Origin: an uncultured Chloroflexia bacterium
GTDB lineage: Bacteria > Chloroflexota > Limnocylindria > Limnocylindrales > CSP1-4
Length of the DNA: 64,000 bases
Direction of reading: 5' to 3'
Assembly: GCA_963713975.1 (NCBI GenBank)
Contig: OY970218.1
Location: 1,696,001-1,760,000, forward strand
Shown: positions 50,623-61,085 of the stretch, one piece after another
Layout: every line of letters begins with the position of its first letter
How positions within the stretch are numbered: the stretch's first letter is position 1
The notes under the pieces: generated by a model
Told to the model about the DNA's origin: nothing
Database searches by the model: none
Seen by the model: only the letters and a program-made list of their open reading frames with translations
Program-made: the position numbers and the translations under genes

Positions 50623-52146
50623 ATGACCTCCAGGCTGCACGTCGTCTACATCCGCCGCTCGATGAAGCGCGAAGGCGACGCCGACGTGTCCGACGAGACG
50701 CAGGAGGCCGTGGCCCGGTCCCGGCTGCCCGCCGATGCCATGGCCGAGGTCATCCGCGATTCGGGTGGCCACTGCTCCGGGTACACCGACCAGCGGCCCG
50801 GGTACCAGCGCCTGCTGGAGCTGGTGCGGTCGGGGGCTGTCGCCGGGATAGCCGCTTACGACGACAGCCGGCTCAACCGCAACGCCGAGAACGCCCTCGG
50901 CCTCCACCGCGAGTGCCTGCTCCGCGGCGTGAGCCTGTACACCAGCTCCACCCCTGCCGGAGCGCTCTTCGAGTCGGGCGGCAAGCTCAACTACAGCATC
51001 CAAGCGGTGGTCGCCGAGTTCTACCGCAACCAGCAGAGCGAGCGGATGAAGGCGATGTTCGCCCAGACGTTCGCCGTCGGCGGGCATCGCGGTCAGGATC
51101 CCTTCGGGTACGCGACGGCCCGTGACCACCTCCGTCGCGTGGTCCACCCGCGCCGCCTCGAGATCGTGCCCGAGGAGGCTGACGTCGTCCGCCAGGTCTT
51201 CGCGGAGCTCGCCGAGATGCCGTTCTCGGAGATCAGCGATCGTTTCAACGCCGGGGGCGTCCTCCGGCCAAGGAGCGGCCCGTGGACCGCGGACGCGGTC
51301 AAGGCGATCTGGGACCGACGATGGGTGTACCTCGGCTTCGTTGTTCGTGGCCGTGGTCACGACGATCGTCACGCCGGGCAGCACGAGCCGATCATCACTG
51401 AAGAGGAGTTCCGGGCCGCACTCGCGGCCGTCGAGGCGCGCAAGCGTGGTCGAGGCAAGGCGCCGCGCTCGAGCCGGCGGGTCTACCTGCTTCGTGGTCT
51501 CGCGTTCTGTTCCTGCGGCAGCCGGATGCGCGGCGACGCCCGTGTCCGGAACGGACGGGAGTACCGCTACTACGCCTGCCCGGTCTCCGACGGCCGCGGT
51601 AGATGGCTCGGGCCGACCGGGGAGGAGCTCAGCTGCCAGGAGCGCCGCATCCGAGCTGAGGTCGCAGAGGCCGACGTCCTGTACGCAGTGCGCGCGCTGG
51701 TCCTTCCGGCGGCCGTCATCGACCTCGCCCGCGAGGAGCTGGCCAGGCGCCTCGCTCTCGCGCCGCCGGATCTCACCGAAAGCCAGCGCCGCACGCTCAA
51801 GGTCCGGCTCGAGAACCTGCGAAAGCAGCACGAGTGGGGCGACATCGACGACCCCGAGTACCGGGCGGCCCGCGAAGCGCTCGAACGACAGCTGATGCTC
51901 CTGCCCGACCCCGACAAGGTCGTCGGCCTCGATCAGCGCCGCAAGGTCCTGGTTTCGATGGCCGAGAACCTCGAGCGCGCGACCCCGTTGCAGCGGCGTG
52001 CGATCGTCGAGCTGCTGGTCGAGCGGGTCACGATCGCCGACCGCTCGGTCCGCGCCACCCTTTGGGCTGAGGCGGCGCGCGCGTTCCTCCCGGGTGCGCC
52101 AGCGCACCAGGAGTCGCCGGCGGATCACCGGCCGAGCGCGGGATAG
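50623..52146 (+). CDS. Large serine recombinase (integrase)
   Basis: YIRRS catalytic motif, SG..RPG, SRLNRN, PFGY, H.PII, LLRGL..CSCG..YYAC zinc ribbon, coiled coil. Confidence 0.95.
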   Translation: MTSRLHVVYIRRSMKREGDADVSDETQEAVARSRLPADAMAEVIRDSGGHCSGYTDQRPGYQRLLELVRSGAVAGIAAYDDSRLNRNAENALGLHRECLLRGVSLYTSSTPAGALFESGGKLNYSIQAVVAEFYRNQQSERMKAMFAQTFAVGGHRGQDPFGYATARDHLRRVVHPRRLEIVPEEADVVRQVFAELAEMPFSEISDRFNAGGVLRPRSGPWTADAVKAIWDRRWVYLGFVVRGRGHDDRHAGQHEPIITEEEFRAALAAVEARKRGRGKAPRSSRRVYLLRGLAFCSCGSRMRGDARVRNGREYRYYACPVSDGRGRWLGPTGEELSCQERRIRAEVAEADVLYAVRALVLPAAVIDLAREELARRLALAPPDLTESQRRTLKVRLENLRKQHEWGDIDDPEYRAAREALERQLMLLPDPDKVVGLDQRRKVLVSMAENLERATPLQRRAIVELLVERVTIADRSVRATLWAEAARAFLPGAPAHQESPADHRPSAG

Positions 52147-52235
52147 CCCATCGAGACCTCCGGGGTGCCTGGGCGCGTCGTCCGGCGCGGCCCCGCGCCG
52201 CGCCGGCGGTCGCGGACGCGCCTCGCGCCATGGGG

Positions 52236-55200
52236 TCAGGCGGCGACAGCCGTCGCGCGGACTCTCTTGAGCGTCGCGATGAGCTGGTCGACATCCGCCC
52301 CGGCGAAGAGCCCGTCCGGCCCGAACGGGGCGATGTCCGTGAAGGGCGACTCGTAGAGCAGCTCGGCCCTCATGAAGCCGTGCTCGGTCAGGTGGTCGAC
52401 GATCAGGTTGACGAACTCGATCTGGTTCGCGGTCAGGGTCCGCCCGGCCAGGAAGTCGCCGAACGCCTCCTTCGCCGCGGCTCGGTCGAGCCCGACGAGG
52501 GTCCTGACGAACAGCCCGAGCCCCTCGGACTCCGCCTTGGCGCGCTCGAGCGCGCCCTTGTCGCCGACGCCGCTCTCGAGGAGCATCCGTTCGAGCTCGG
52601 CCAGATCGGTCGGCGTCAGTGGTCGGTTCATGCGCAGCTTGCGTATGGCCGCGTGGTCCTGGTGCTCTCGCAGGAACGCTTGGGCCTTGGCGCGGAACTT
52701 CTCGAAGTCGATCCCGGCCACAAGGCCCGGCAGGCCGATCTCGACCTCGGCGCCCATCAGGTCCTCGAAGTCGACGTAAAGGACACGACGCCGCGCCTTC
52801 TCGATGAACGGGACTAGGTCGCGCAGGTGCCGCCGCGCGCGCTCCAACATCGGGAGCGTGACGTGGATCCACCAGTCGTCGGTCTGGACCTCCTCGATGA
52901 GCGCAAGCTGGGCTCTGACCATCGGGATGGCGGCCTTCTCCTCGAGGATCGACGCGATCGCCTTCACCTGGTCGCGCAGCCCCTCGAACGCGGGAAGCGA
53001 CCGGAGGAAGGCGAGCTCGAGGTTGAGCACGAGCAGGTCGAACCGCCTGGTCTCCTCGGCCTCGGCGTCGAGTCTCGGCCGGCAGCCCGGCGACGTGGGT
53101 CGCCAACTCCGCCCGGTCCTCGGCCGACAGCGGCCCCCACGCCTCCGGCTGCCGGAACCGCTCGACGAGGCGCCGCTGCGGGCGGACCAGGAAGTTGTCC
53201 AGGTTCATCGCCGCGACCTCGCCGTGCAGCGACGCCGCAAAGGCTCGCCGGACCTCCTCGTCGGTGCTCGGGTCGCCGTAGACGGGGGCCGCCGGCGCCG
53301 CTGCCCTCGTCGCATCGCCGCCTGGGCGTTGGTCAAGCGCCGCGACGAGCTCCATGCGCCGGATGAAGAGCTTCTTGCTGAGCGGCTCGGCGACCGAGCC
53401 CTCGGTCATCGGCGCGTCCTGGCTGAAGTACTCGAGGTTCCCGCAGTAGTCGAAGAGCCGGAACTTGCTCTTGTCGTCCCCGGGACCGAAGAGGTCGGGG
53501 CACAAGCGCGTCCCCCGGCCCAGCATCTGCCAGAACTTGGTCTTCGAGCGGACGAGCTTGAAGAGGACGAGGTTCACGACCTCGGGGATATCGATCCCGG
53601 TGTCGAGCATGTCGACCGAGATCGCGATGTGCGGGGCCTTGTCCTTGGCGGAGAACCAGTCGATGAGGCTTTGCGCGTACTCGGTCTTGAAGGTGATGGT
53701 GCGCGCGAATTCGCCGCGGTAGTGCGGGTAGTTGGCGTTGAACCGCTCGGCGATAAAGTCCGCGTGCGCCTGGTTCTTGGCGAAGACGATCGTCTTGCCA
53801 AGCCGGTCGCCGCCCGCGACCTTAATGCCGCGCTCCATAAGGTGCGCGAGCACCTTGTCGACTGTGTCGACGTTGAACAGCCAGCGGTTGACAGCCTCGG
53901 CAGTGACGGTGTCCGGCGGGTCGTCTCTCCCACTCGAGCGCGTCGTACGCGTCCTTCTCGTCCTCGGAAAGCTCGTCGTACTTGATGCCCTCACGCTGGA
54001 ACTTCAGCGGGACCGACACCGCCTCGGGCGGGACCAGGAAGCCGTCACGGACGGCCTCCTCGAGCGAGTAGGCGTCCGTCGGGACGCCGGTCTCGAGGTC
54101 GAACAGGCCGTAGGTGTTGCGGTCGACCTCGTCCTTAGGTGTCGCCGTCAGCCCGACCAGGAGAGAATCGAAGTAGTCGAAGATCGCACGATACTTTGCG
54201 AAGACCGAGCGATGGGCTTCGTCGATAACCACGAGGTCGAAGTGTCCGGCTCCGAACCGGCGCTGCCCGTCGGTCGCCTCATCGATCAGGCCCATCATGG
54301 TCGGGTAGGTCGAGACGAAGACGCGGCCCTCACCCGCCGGGTCGTCGAGGAGGTTCACGGGCGATGCCTCGGGGAGGAACGCCTTGAAGGCGTTCGTCGC
54401 CTGCCGAACGAGCGCGACCCGGTCCGCCAGGAAGAGGATGCGCTTGGCCCAGTTGGCGCGCATCAGCAGGTCGGCGAGCGCGATGATGGTGCGGGTCTTG
54501 CCCGCACCAGTTGCCATGACCAGGAGCGCCTTGCGCTGGCGGTCGCTCTCGAAAGACTCGGCTATCCGGCGGATGGCGCGGGTCTGGTAGTAGCGCTCGA
54601 CGATCGTCGGACTGATCGACGCTGTCGCCAAGGGCCTTGCGGCTCGTGCGGCGCTGGACCAGCAGCTCAAGCTCAGCCCTCTTGTAGAAGCCCGATACCC
54701 GGCGCGGCGGGTAATGCGCGTCGTCCCAGAGCCAGTGCTCGTAGCCGTTCGAGTAGAAGATGACCGGGCGTCGGCCGAACCGCGCCTCCAGGCAGTCGGC
54801 GTACAGGCTCGCCTGCTGCTGGCCGGCCCGCGGGTCGCGGCGGGTCCGCTTGGCCTCGACCAGGCCGAGCGGGAGTCCGTCGTCTCCCCAGAGGACGTAG
54901 TCGACGAAGCCGCGGCCGTCGCCGTTCGGCATGCCGGCGACCTCGAACTCGCGGTCGCGAACCTCGGCGAGTGGCCAGCCGGCCTCCTTGAGCAGGAGGT
55001 CGATGAAGTAGTCGCGTGTATCGGCCTCGGAGTAGTCGTGGAGGTCAGGCTGCGTCGCGGCGGCCTTCCTGGCGGCCGCGACCTCGGCACGCAGCCGCCT
55101 CAGTTCCTCGTCGAGCACGCCTTTGTCCGAGAGTAGTGCCGCGAGCTTCTCGTCCCGTTCGCGCAGACTCGCCTCCAGACGCCGCAACTGATCCGCAGTC

Positions 55201-55646
55201 TGCGGCTCGGCCGTCCCTGACTTGGGAAGCGCCCCGGCATCGAACGTTAAGCCGGGCGCCGGTCTTCCCATGCGCCCGTAAGTGCGGGCGAACCAGTAGG
55301 TGACGTGGAAGAGCTCGCGCACAGCGGCCAGGGCATCGACGGCCGGCACGGCGCCGTGGCTGTGCACCGCCCGGTTCCCGAGAGTGTTGATCACGCGGGC
55401 CTTGCTGAACACGGCTTCGCCGGCAGACTGCTTGAAGCTCGGCTCATGGATCAGCGCAGATAGGTTGTCCTGATACGGCAGCCTGAGCCCGACATCGTGT
55501 TTGTAGGCCCAGCTCACCGCCAGCTCCAGCGCGCGACGAGCATAGAAGCATGCCGCGCGCGGGTCGCTGTGCACGGCGGCTTCCGCCTTCGAGGCAGCCT
55601 CGAAGACCGACGCCCATTCAGGCTGGAGGAAAGCGAACTGGCTCAC
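52236..55646 (-). pseudogene. hsdR: Type I restriction subunit (EcoEI/type IB-like), three frameshifts
   Basis: VEAK, MATGAGKT, DEAHRS, TATP, QMLGRGTRL spread over four frame segments; indels at ~54635, ~53928, ~53073. Confidence 0.9.
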
Positions 55647-56602
55647 CTCGTGCGCCTCCAGAATGCGAGGCGGCCCAGCAGGCTCCCTGACTTGTTCTCC
55701 TCGGCGGGCGATGCGACGAGGGCTGCCAGGGCCGCGGCAGCGGGAATCGCCTGACGGCCGCTGGCCCCGAAGATCGCATCGGCGCTGAGGCGATCCTCAA
55801 GGTATGGGGTGAATCCGGTGAGAAGGATGGACATTGCCACCATGTCTCGCATGTCCATCGGGCGCAGCGCGTTAGCGGGAGTACCGCCATGACGAATGCC
55901 CGGGTAGTCGGAAGCGAACCCATAGAGGTCCTTCATCGCCGCCTTGAGCTTCTCGTGCGGCCAGGTGCCGACCTGATCGCATATCGCCCCCAAGGTCTTG
56001 CCCGTGACGCCCGGATACCCGCGCCCGATCGCCTCCACCAGGTTCACCTGCTTCTGGATGCAGGTCTTGATGCGCCCGTCGGAGCTGTCGTGCCCGAGAT
56101 CCCGCACTGCGTTCTCGAATTCCTTTGTCAGGGCGTCGAGATGGGGGTCCTGACTCGTCAATGCCCGCAGGTCGCGCACGAGGCTCGCGAACAGGCCAGG
56201 AAGCGTCGGACAGAAGATGCACGGTCGTCGTAGGTCGTAGCGGAGGTTGAACTTGTCGATGAAGGCCGCAAGCACGTTGAAATAGCGGTTGGACAGCTCG
56301 TCGCCGCCCAGGTCATCGAGCGCCGGGTGCGCGGCCTCCAAGAAGGTGAGCACTGCTCGCTCGCCTGCGAGGTCTGTCGCCCTCGTCCCCTCGAAGGCAG
56401 CCCGGCTCTGAACCGGGTTGTCGATTATGTCGGCGAGGGCTTCGATCGAGGGCTGTTCCTTGAGCGCCTTGGCAAGCTCTCGATATAGCTCACAGAAGAT
56501 GTCCTCCGGAACGTCCTCGTTCTCACCTAGCGGTTCGTCAATCAGTCGGAGCCAGATCTCCTGCCACGTCTCCGCCCAGACACTGATGAACTCGCCATGC
56601 AT
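55643..56602 (-). CDS. Hypothetical protein inserted in hsd operon, possible HEPN/AbiJ-like C-terminus
   Basis: LYGFASDYPGIRHG motif; tightly coupled to hsdS and hsdR. Confidence 0.7.
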   Translation of the reverse strand: MHGEFISVWAETWQEIWLRLIDEPLGENEDVPEDIFCELYRELAKALKEQPSIEALADIIDNPVQSRAAFEGTRATDLAGERAVLTFLEAAHPALDDLGGDELSNRYFNVLAAFIDKFNLRYDLRRPCIFCPTLPGLFASLVRDLRALTSQDPHLDALTKEFENAVRDLGHDSSDGRIKTCIQKQVNLVEAIGRGYPGVTGKTLGAICDQVGTWPHEKLKAAMKDLYGFASDYPGIRHGGTPANALRPMDMRDMVAMSILLTGFTPYLEDRLSADAIFGASGRQAIPAAAALAALVASPAEENKSGSLLGRLAFWRRTR

Positions 56603-56604
56603 TG

Positions 56605-57798
56605 CTACAGCCCTGCGCTGAAGGCGTGCTGCTGAAGTGAGGCGAAGAGGGATTCCAGCTCTGCCAGACCCGCGAGCTGCTGGTTCCTAATCGCGTCGCT
56701 GACCGACAACCGCCTGGCAAATTCGAGCTGAAGAGCGAGCGGCGGGCTCAGGAGGGGGAATGCTCGAAGCTGCGTCATGTTGATCGACGCAATGCCAGTC
56801 GTCTGTTTCGCCGATCGGAGGAAATATCTCTTTCCGCGCTGGCTCCCCACTAGCCAGTTCAAGAACAAGGGCGTCACCTCCTCGGATCGGAGGCGTACAC
56901 GAAACACGTGATTCTGGTGAATGCACTCAGGCAGCTCCTTGCTCCACAGGGTGCCGCGACCCAGCTTGTCCGGATCACCTCCCTCTGTCAGCAGCAAGTC
57001 ATTCTGCTCCAGGCGGTAGCGCTGAATCTCCTGCTCTGTCGCCTCGGTGGTCTTCGTCAGCGTGAGATCGAGGCGCCGGTCTTGTACGTTCACGACTGCC
57101 AGATAGGGAACCGTTCGCGTAGCCTTACCAGCGAGATTCCGCCCGATCGTTACCCCGGAGACAATTTCGGCCACGTCGCAGAGCTGAGTGGAGTCCGGCC
57201 ATCCCTTCGGGTTCGTGGCGGGGTCGCCGAACATATCGAGGAAGATGGCTAGGTTGAGAGCATCGAGCTGCATAAGGGACGAGCGGCGCTTGGCGCGCAG
57301 CGTGTCTGCCTTCTCCAGGACAGCCGCAATCCGTTCTCGATCGGCTGGCGATCTGGGCGCTCGGATTCTCATGCTCTCGATATCGCCAAGCCTTATCGAA
57401 GGATACGCAGCATCTTTGATTAGGACGGTCGGCGAGAATCGCCGAAGAGCCTGGGCAAGAAAGGCACTGTCGCTCGTCTCGTGTGGCACCAAAGCCGCTA
57501 GGTGATTCACAACGTATGCCGGTTTCCTGAGGCGATAGACAAGCCCTTTGGTCGCCGACATTCCACTCTTGGCAAACAACACGGTGCCCGCCGGGTAGAG
57601 CCTGAGGCCGTACTGCTTCGCGACTGCTGGCTCGATCCGCTCAAGGCTGTCTTCCCCTGCGCCGTCCAGGAGCTTGGACAGACTGCCAGCGCGGATGAAC
57701 GGGGAGCCGGCCCTCGAGAAGGCCGCCGAGTCCTGAGGTGCACCCCCTCCCGCGTGGACTGTCGCCAGCTCGGATAGCGGCATGGACGCGAGGGTCAT
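56605..57798 (-). CDS. hsdS: Type I R-M specificity subunit
   Basis: Two TRDs with helical spacers; FLDMFGDP..NPKGW, PPL.LQ..F. Confidence 0.92.
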   Translation of the reverse strand: MTLASMPLSELATVHAGGGAPQDSAAFSRAGSPFIRAGSLSKLLDGAGEDSLERIEPAVAKQYGLRLYPAGTVLFAKSGMSATKGLVYRLRKPAYVVNHLAALVPHETSDSAFLAQALRRFSPTVLIKDAAYPSIRLGDIESMRIRAPRSPADRERIAAVLEKADTLRAKRRSSLMQLDALNLAIFLDMFGDPATNPKGWPDSTQLCDVAEIVSGVTIGRNLAGKATRTVPYLAVVNVQDRRLDLTLTKTTEATEQEIQRYRLEQNDLLLTEGGDPDKLGRGTLWSKELPECIHQNHVFRVRLRSEEVTPLFLNWLVGSQRGKRYFLRSAKQTTGIASINMTQLRAFPLLSPPLALQLEFARRLSVSDAIRNQQLAGLAELESLFASLQQHAFSAGL

Positions 57799-59333
57799 CC
57801 CAACATCCCCTCCAGCTGTGTCATCTCCCGCTGGATCTCCTCCTCTAGCGTCGCCAGGTCCGCGAGGATTTCCTTCGGCGGTCGGTGCTCCATCTCCTCG
57901 TGCACGATTTCCTGGTAGCGGTTGAGAGAGAGGTCGTAGCCATGCGCGGCGATGTCGGCCTTCGGTACGCAGAAGCTTTGCGCGGTGCGAGGTTGCTGGC
58001 GCTCGGCACCATTCCGCTCCGTCCAGCGCGCGAGCACATCGGGTAGGTTGTTCCTCTGGTGCTCGCCAGCAGCCAGCGCTGTCCGCGGTACGGCGCCAAG
58101 CTTGTCCTCGCTCAGCAGGGGCGTCCGCCTGTCGTCGAGGCTCCGGCCATCGGCCGCGACATCGTAGAACCAGACCTGGTCTGTGCCCCCTGAGTTGGTC
58201 TTCGTGAAGAACAGGATGGCCGTCGAGACGCCCGCATACGGCCGAAAGGCGCCGCTCGGGAGCGACACGACGGCATCCAACTTCTGCTCTTCAACCAGCA
58301 TCTGCCGGAGGGCCTTGTGTGCCTTGCTCGAGCCGAAGAGGACACCGTCGGGGACGATGACGGCGGCCCGGCCGCCCGGCTTGAGGAGTCGCAGGAAGAG
58401 CGCGAGGAAGAGCAGCTCGGTCTTCCTGGTCTTGACAATCGCGAGCAGGTCCTTCGCCGTGCCCTCGTCGTCGAGGCTGCCGGCGAACGGAGGATTGGCG
58501 AGAACGAGCGTGTAAGCCTCCGCATCCGCTGCATGGTCCTGGGCGAGCGAGTCGCGATACCGGATGTCCGGGTTTTCGATGCCGTGGAGCAACATGTTCA
58601 TGCTTCCGATCCGGAGCATGGTGTTGTCGAAGTCAAAGCCGTGGAACATCCCCTCATGGAAGTGCTTCCGCAACTTCGCGTCGTGCAGTAGGTTCGGATA
58701 CTGGCGCCGGAGGTACTCGCCCGCGGCGACCAGGAAGCCGGCGGTGCCGCAGGCCGGGTCGCAAATCGTGTCCGTCGGCTGCGGGGCCGTCATCTCGACC
58801 ATGAGGGCGATGATGTCCCGTGGCGTTCGGAACTGTCCGTTCTGGCCCGCGGTGGCGATCTTGCCGAGCATGTACTCGTAGAGGTCGCCCTTGGTATCGC
58901 GGTCCGCCATCGGCACTTCGTCGATTAGGTCGACGACCTTCGCTAGCAGTGCCGGTGTCGGGATCGTGAACCGAGCGTCCTTCATGTGGTGCGCATACGT
59001 GGAGTCGTCCGCGCCCAGCGTCCGCAGGAAGGGAAAGACGCTGTCGCGGACTATCGCGAACATCTCGGCCGGGGCTTCGTTCTTGAAGCGAGACCACCGG
59101 AGCTGCTCGTACCGGCGCCCGAGCGCATCCTGCCCGTCGGGGTAGAACCGCCGCGTCATCGGTTCGCCGAGACGAGCGGCCTTGTTCTCCTCAAGCGTCT
59201 CGAGGTCATCGAGCCGGCGGAGGAAGAGCAGGTAGGTGATCTGCTCGATTACCTCGAGGGGGTTGGAAATGCCGCCGGACCAGAAGGCGTCCCAGATCCG
59301 GTCGATTTGGGACCGCAGTTGGCCGGTCAGCAT
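57795..59333 (-). CDS. hsdM: Type I R-M N6-adenine methyltransferase
   Basis: GQFRTP, DPACGTAGFL, ANPPF, VPDGVLF. Confidence 0.95.
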   Translation of the reverse strand: MLTGQLRSQIDRIWDAFWSGGISNPLEVIEQITYLLFLRRLDDLETLEENKAARLGEPMTRRFYPDGQDALGRRYEQLRWSRFKNEAPAEMFAIVRDSVFPFLRTLGADDSTYAHHMKDARFTIPTPALLAKVVDLIDEVPMADRDTKGDLYEYMLGKIATAGQNGQFRTPRDIIALMVEMTAPQPTDTICDPACGTAGFLVAAGEYLRRQYPNLLHDAKLRKHFHEGMFHGFDFDNTMLRIGSMNMLLHGIENPDIRYRDSLAQDHAADAEAYTLVLANPPFAGSLDDEGTAKDLLAIVKTRKTELLFLALFLRLLKPGGRAAVIVPDGVLFGSSKAHKALRQMLVEEQKLDAVVSLPSGAFRPYAGVSTAILFFTKTNSGGTDQVWFYDVAADGRSLDDRRTPLLSEDKLGAVPRTALAAGEHQRNNLPDVLARWTERNGAERQQPRTAQSFCVPKADIAAHGYDLSLNRYQEIVHEEMEHRPPKEILADLATLEEEIQREMTQLEGMLG

Positions 59334-59588
59334 GAGGAGACCCCCGATATGCGATGGCGCATGATGGCTGCGCTCTACTGTAGCGATCGACTCACTGGAT
59401 CGGTGCTCGCTGAGCTCAGCAACGGTGGAAGTGGCATCCAGGACTGACGCGTCCGATGGCCGCGCGCTCGCCGCCCGAGGGAATGCCGCGACAACAGTCT
59501 GGACGGGAACGCGAAGGGGATTGCCTTCACACACACCCGCAGTTGCACGTCGGCCGCGTGGCGCCGGGGGGCGGCGGGTCATCGACGT

Positions 59589-59612
59589 GTGTTGTTCTGG
59601 CGCGCCCGGAGG
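59589..59612 (-). repeat. Proximal att arm of the 18-kb element, including the left copy of the IS target duplication
   Basis: GTGTTGTTCTGGCGCGCCCGGAGG; 59597-59612 is identical to 60929-60944. Confidence 0.9.
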
Positions 59613-60928
59613 TGTCTGAGTTCACGACATAGGTGACACCTGATAGGGCACACATGAGTCGGGACATGCGTGACAGTCCGCCGCATGTCGAAGCACCGCG
59701 TGTCCGTCCTCAAGGTCGTCTCTGGGCAGCTGTCCGTCACCGCCGCCGCAGCGGAGTGCCACCTCTCCCGGGGCCATCTACAGCGGCTCCTCGCCAGGTA
59801 CCGGGAGGCCGGCCTCGACGGCCTGGAGCCCCGGTCCCGTCGGCCGCGGACGAGCCCCCATGCGGTGCCCGACGGCGTCCGTGCCCGGATCACCGCGCTG
59901 CGGACGGAGCTTGCCGGGCGGGGTCTCGACGCCGGTCCTGCCACCATCGCCTGGCACCTGGAGCGCGAGGGCCTGACGGTGCCCTCGACCTCCACGATCC
60001 GCCGGGTCCTCCACGCCGCGGGCCTCGTCGTGCCCGAGCCGCACAAGCGGCCCCGGAGCTCCTGGATCCGCTTCGAGGCGGCCGCGCCCAACGGGGTCTG
60101 GCAGGCGGACTTCACCCACTGGCGGCTCGCCGACGGGAGCGGGGTCGAGATCGCGAGCTGGCTCGACGACCACTCCCGCTTCCTGCTCGGGTGCACGGTG
60201 TTCCGCCGGGTCAGCGGCGACGACGTGGTCGCGACCTTCACCGCCGCCGGCGACGAGCACGGCTGGCCCGCCGCCACGCTCACCGACAACGGGACCGTGT
60301 ACACCGCCCGGCTGGTCGGAGGTCGCAACGGCCTCGAGCACCTGCTCGCGTACCTCGGCATCCGCCAGAAGAACGGGGCTCCTGGCCACCCCCAGACCCA
60401 GGGGAAGGTCGAGCGCTTCCACCAGACCCTCAAGCGCTGGCTGGCACGGCAGCCACGCGCGCGGACCCTCGCGGCGCTCCAGGCCCAGCTCGACGCCTTC
60501 CGCGACGTCTACAACGAGCAGCGGCCCCACCGGGCGATCGGCCGGCGGACACCCGGCGAGGCGTACCGGGCGATCCCGAAGGACCGGCCATCGGCCCCCG
60601 CCGGCCGCGGCCACTTCCGCCTGCGCTACGACACCACCGATGCCAAGGGTGCCATGACCCTGCGCCGGGCAGGGCGCCTTCACCACCTCAAGGTCGGCCA
60701 GGCCCACGCCCGCACCAAGGTGCTCGCGATCGTGGACGAGCAGGCGGTCACGGTCGTCGCCCTCCACACGGGCGAGATCCTGTCGGCCCATCGCATCGAG
60801 CCCGACAAGGGCTACTGGCGCAACACGCGGAGAGACCCCGGCCGATGGCCGGGGTCTCAGGCGACCGGGTGACTCCATGTGTCGCATATGTCGCGACTCA
60901 TGTGTCGCACATGTCGCGACTCATGACA
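59613..60928 (+). mobile_element. Intact IS481/IS1202-like insertion sequence, 1316 bp, 16-bp DR
   Basis: TGT..ACA ends (TGTCTGAGTTCACGACAT / ATGTCGCGACTCATGACA); flanking CTGGCGCGCCCGGAGG on both sides; 23-bp tandem end repeats at 60876-60921. Confidence 0.93.
59685..60872 (+). CDS. DDE transposase (IS481/IS1202-like)
   Basis: HTH, WQADF, DDHSR, TDNG, GKVERFHQT, YN..RPH; C-terminal beta-rich domain. Confidence 0.95.
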   Translation: MSKHRVSVLKVVSGQLSVTAAAAECHLSRGHLQRLLARYREAGLDGLEPRSRRPRTSPHAVPDGVRARITALRTELAGRGLDAGPATIAWHLEREGLTVPSTSTIRRVLHAAGLVVPEPHKRPRSSWIRFEAAAPNGVWQADFTHWRLADGSGVEIASWLDDHSRFLLGCTVFRRVSGDDVVATFTAAGDEHGWPAATLTDNGTVYTARLVGGRNGLEHLLAYLGIRQKNGAPGHPQTQGKVERFHQTLKRWLARQPRARTLAALQAQLDAFRDVYNEQRPHRAIGRRTPGEAYRAIPKDRPSAPAGRGHFRLRYDTTDAKGAMTLRRAGRLHHLKVGQAHARTKVLAIVDEQAVTVVALHTGEILSAHRIEPDKGYWRNTRRDPGRWPGSQATG

Positions 60929-60929
60929 C

Positions 60930-61006
<77 letters not shown>

Positions 61007-61085
61007 GCGGCTGCCGAATGATACCGCCGGAGGTCCATCGCACCAACGGGCCCCCGGATGCCCCGGCCTGAGGCACAATCCGCCG

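Larger units (their letters stand above)
41524..59612. mobile_element. ~18-kb serine-recombinase integrative element with defence cargo
   Basis: Bounded by tRNA 3' repeats and 18/20 inverted arms; carries LSR, primase, type I R-M and nucleases. Confidence 0.85.

Noticed and set aside
50278-53994. 1238-aa - strand ORF
   Set aside because: Chimera of an hsdR segment, off-frame sequence and the antisense of the recombinase.
33737-59612. tRNA-like fragments as extra tRNA genes
   Set aside because: Only 15-21 nt of the 3' end; no D or anticodon arm.
41524-59612. Prophage or conjugative ICE
   Set aside because: No recognisable structural, packaging, relaxase or T4SS genes.
60876-60921. 23-bp tandem repeats (also at 33684-33729 and degenerate at 41465-41500) as a CRISPR array
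   Set aside because: Only two units, no spacers and no cas genes; they lie inside IS ends and fit transposase-binding repeats.
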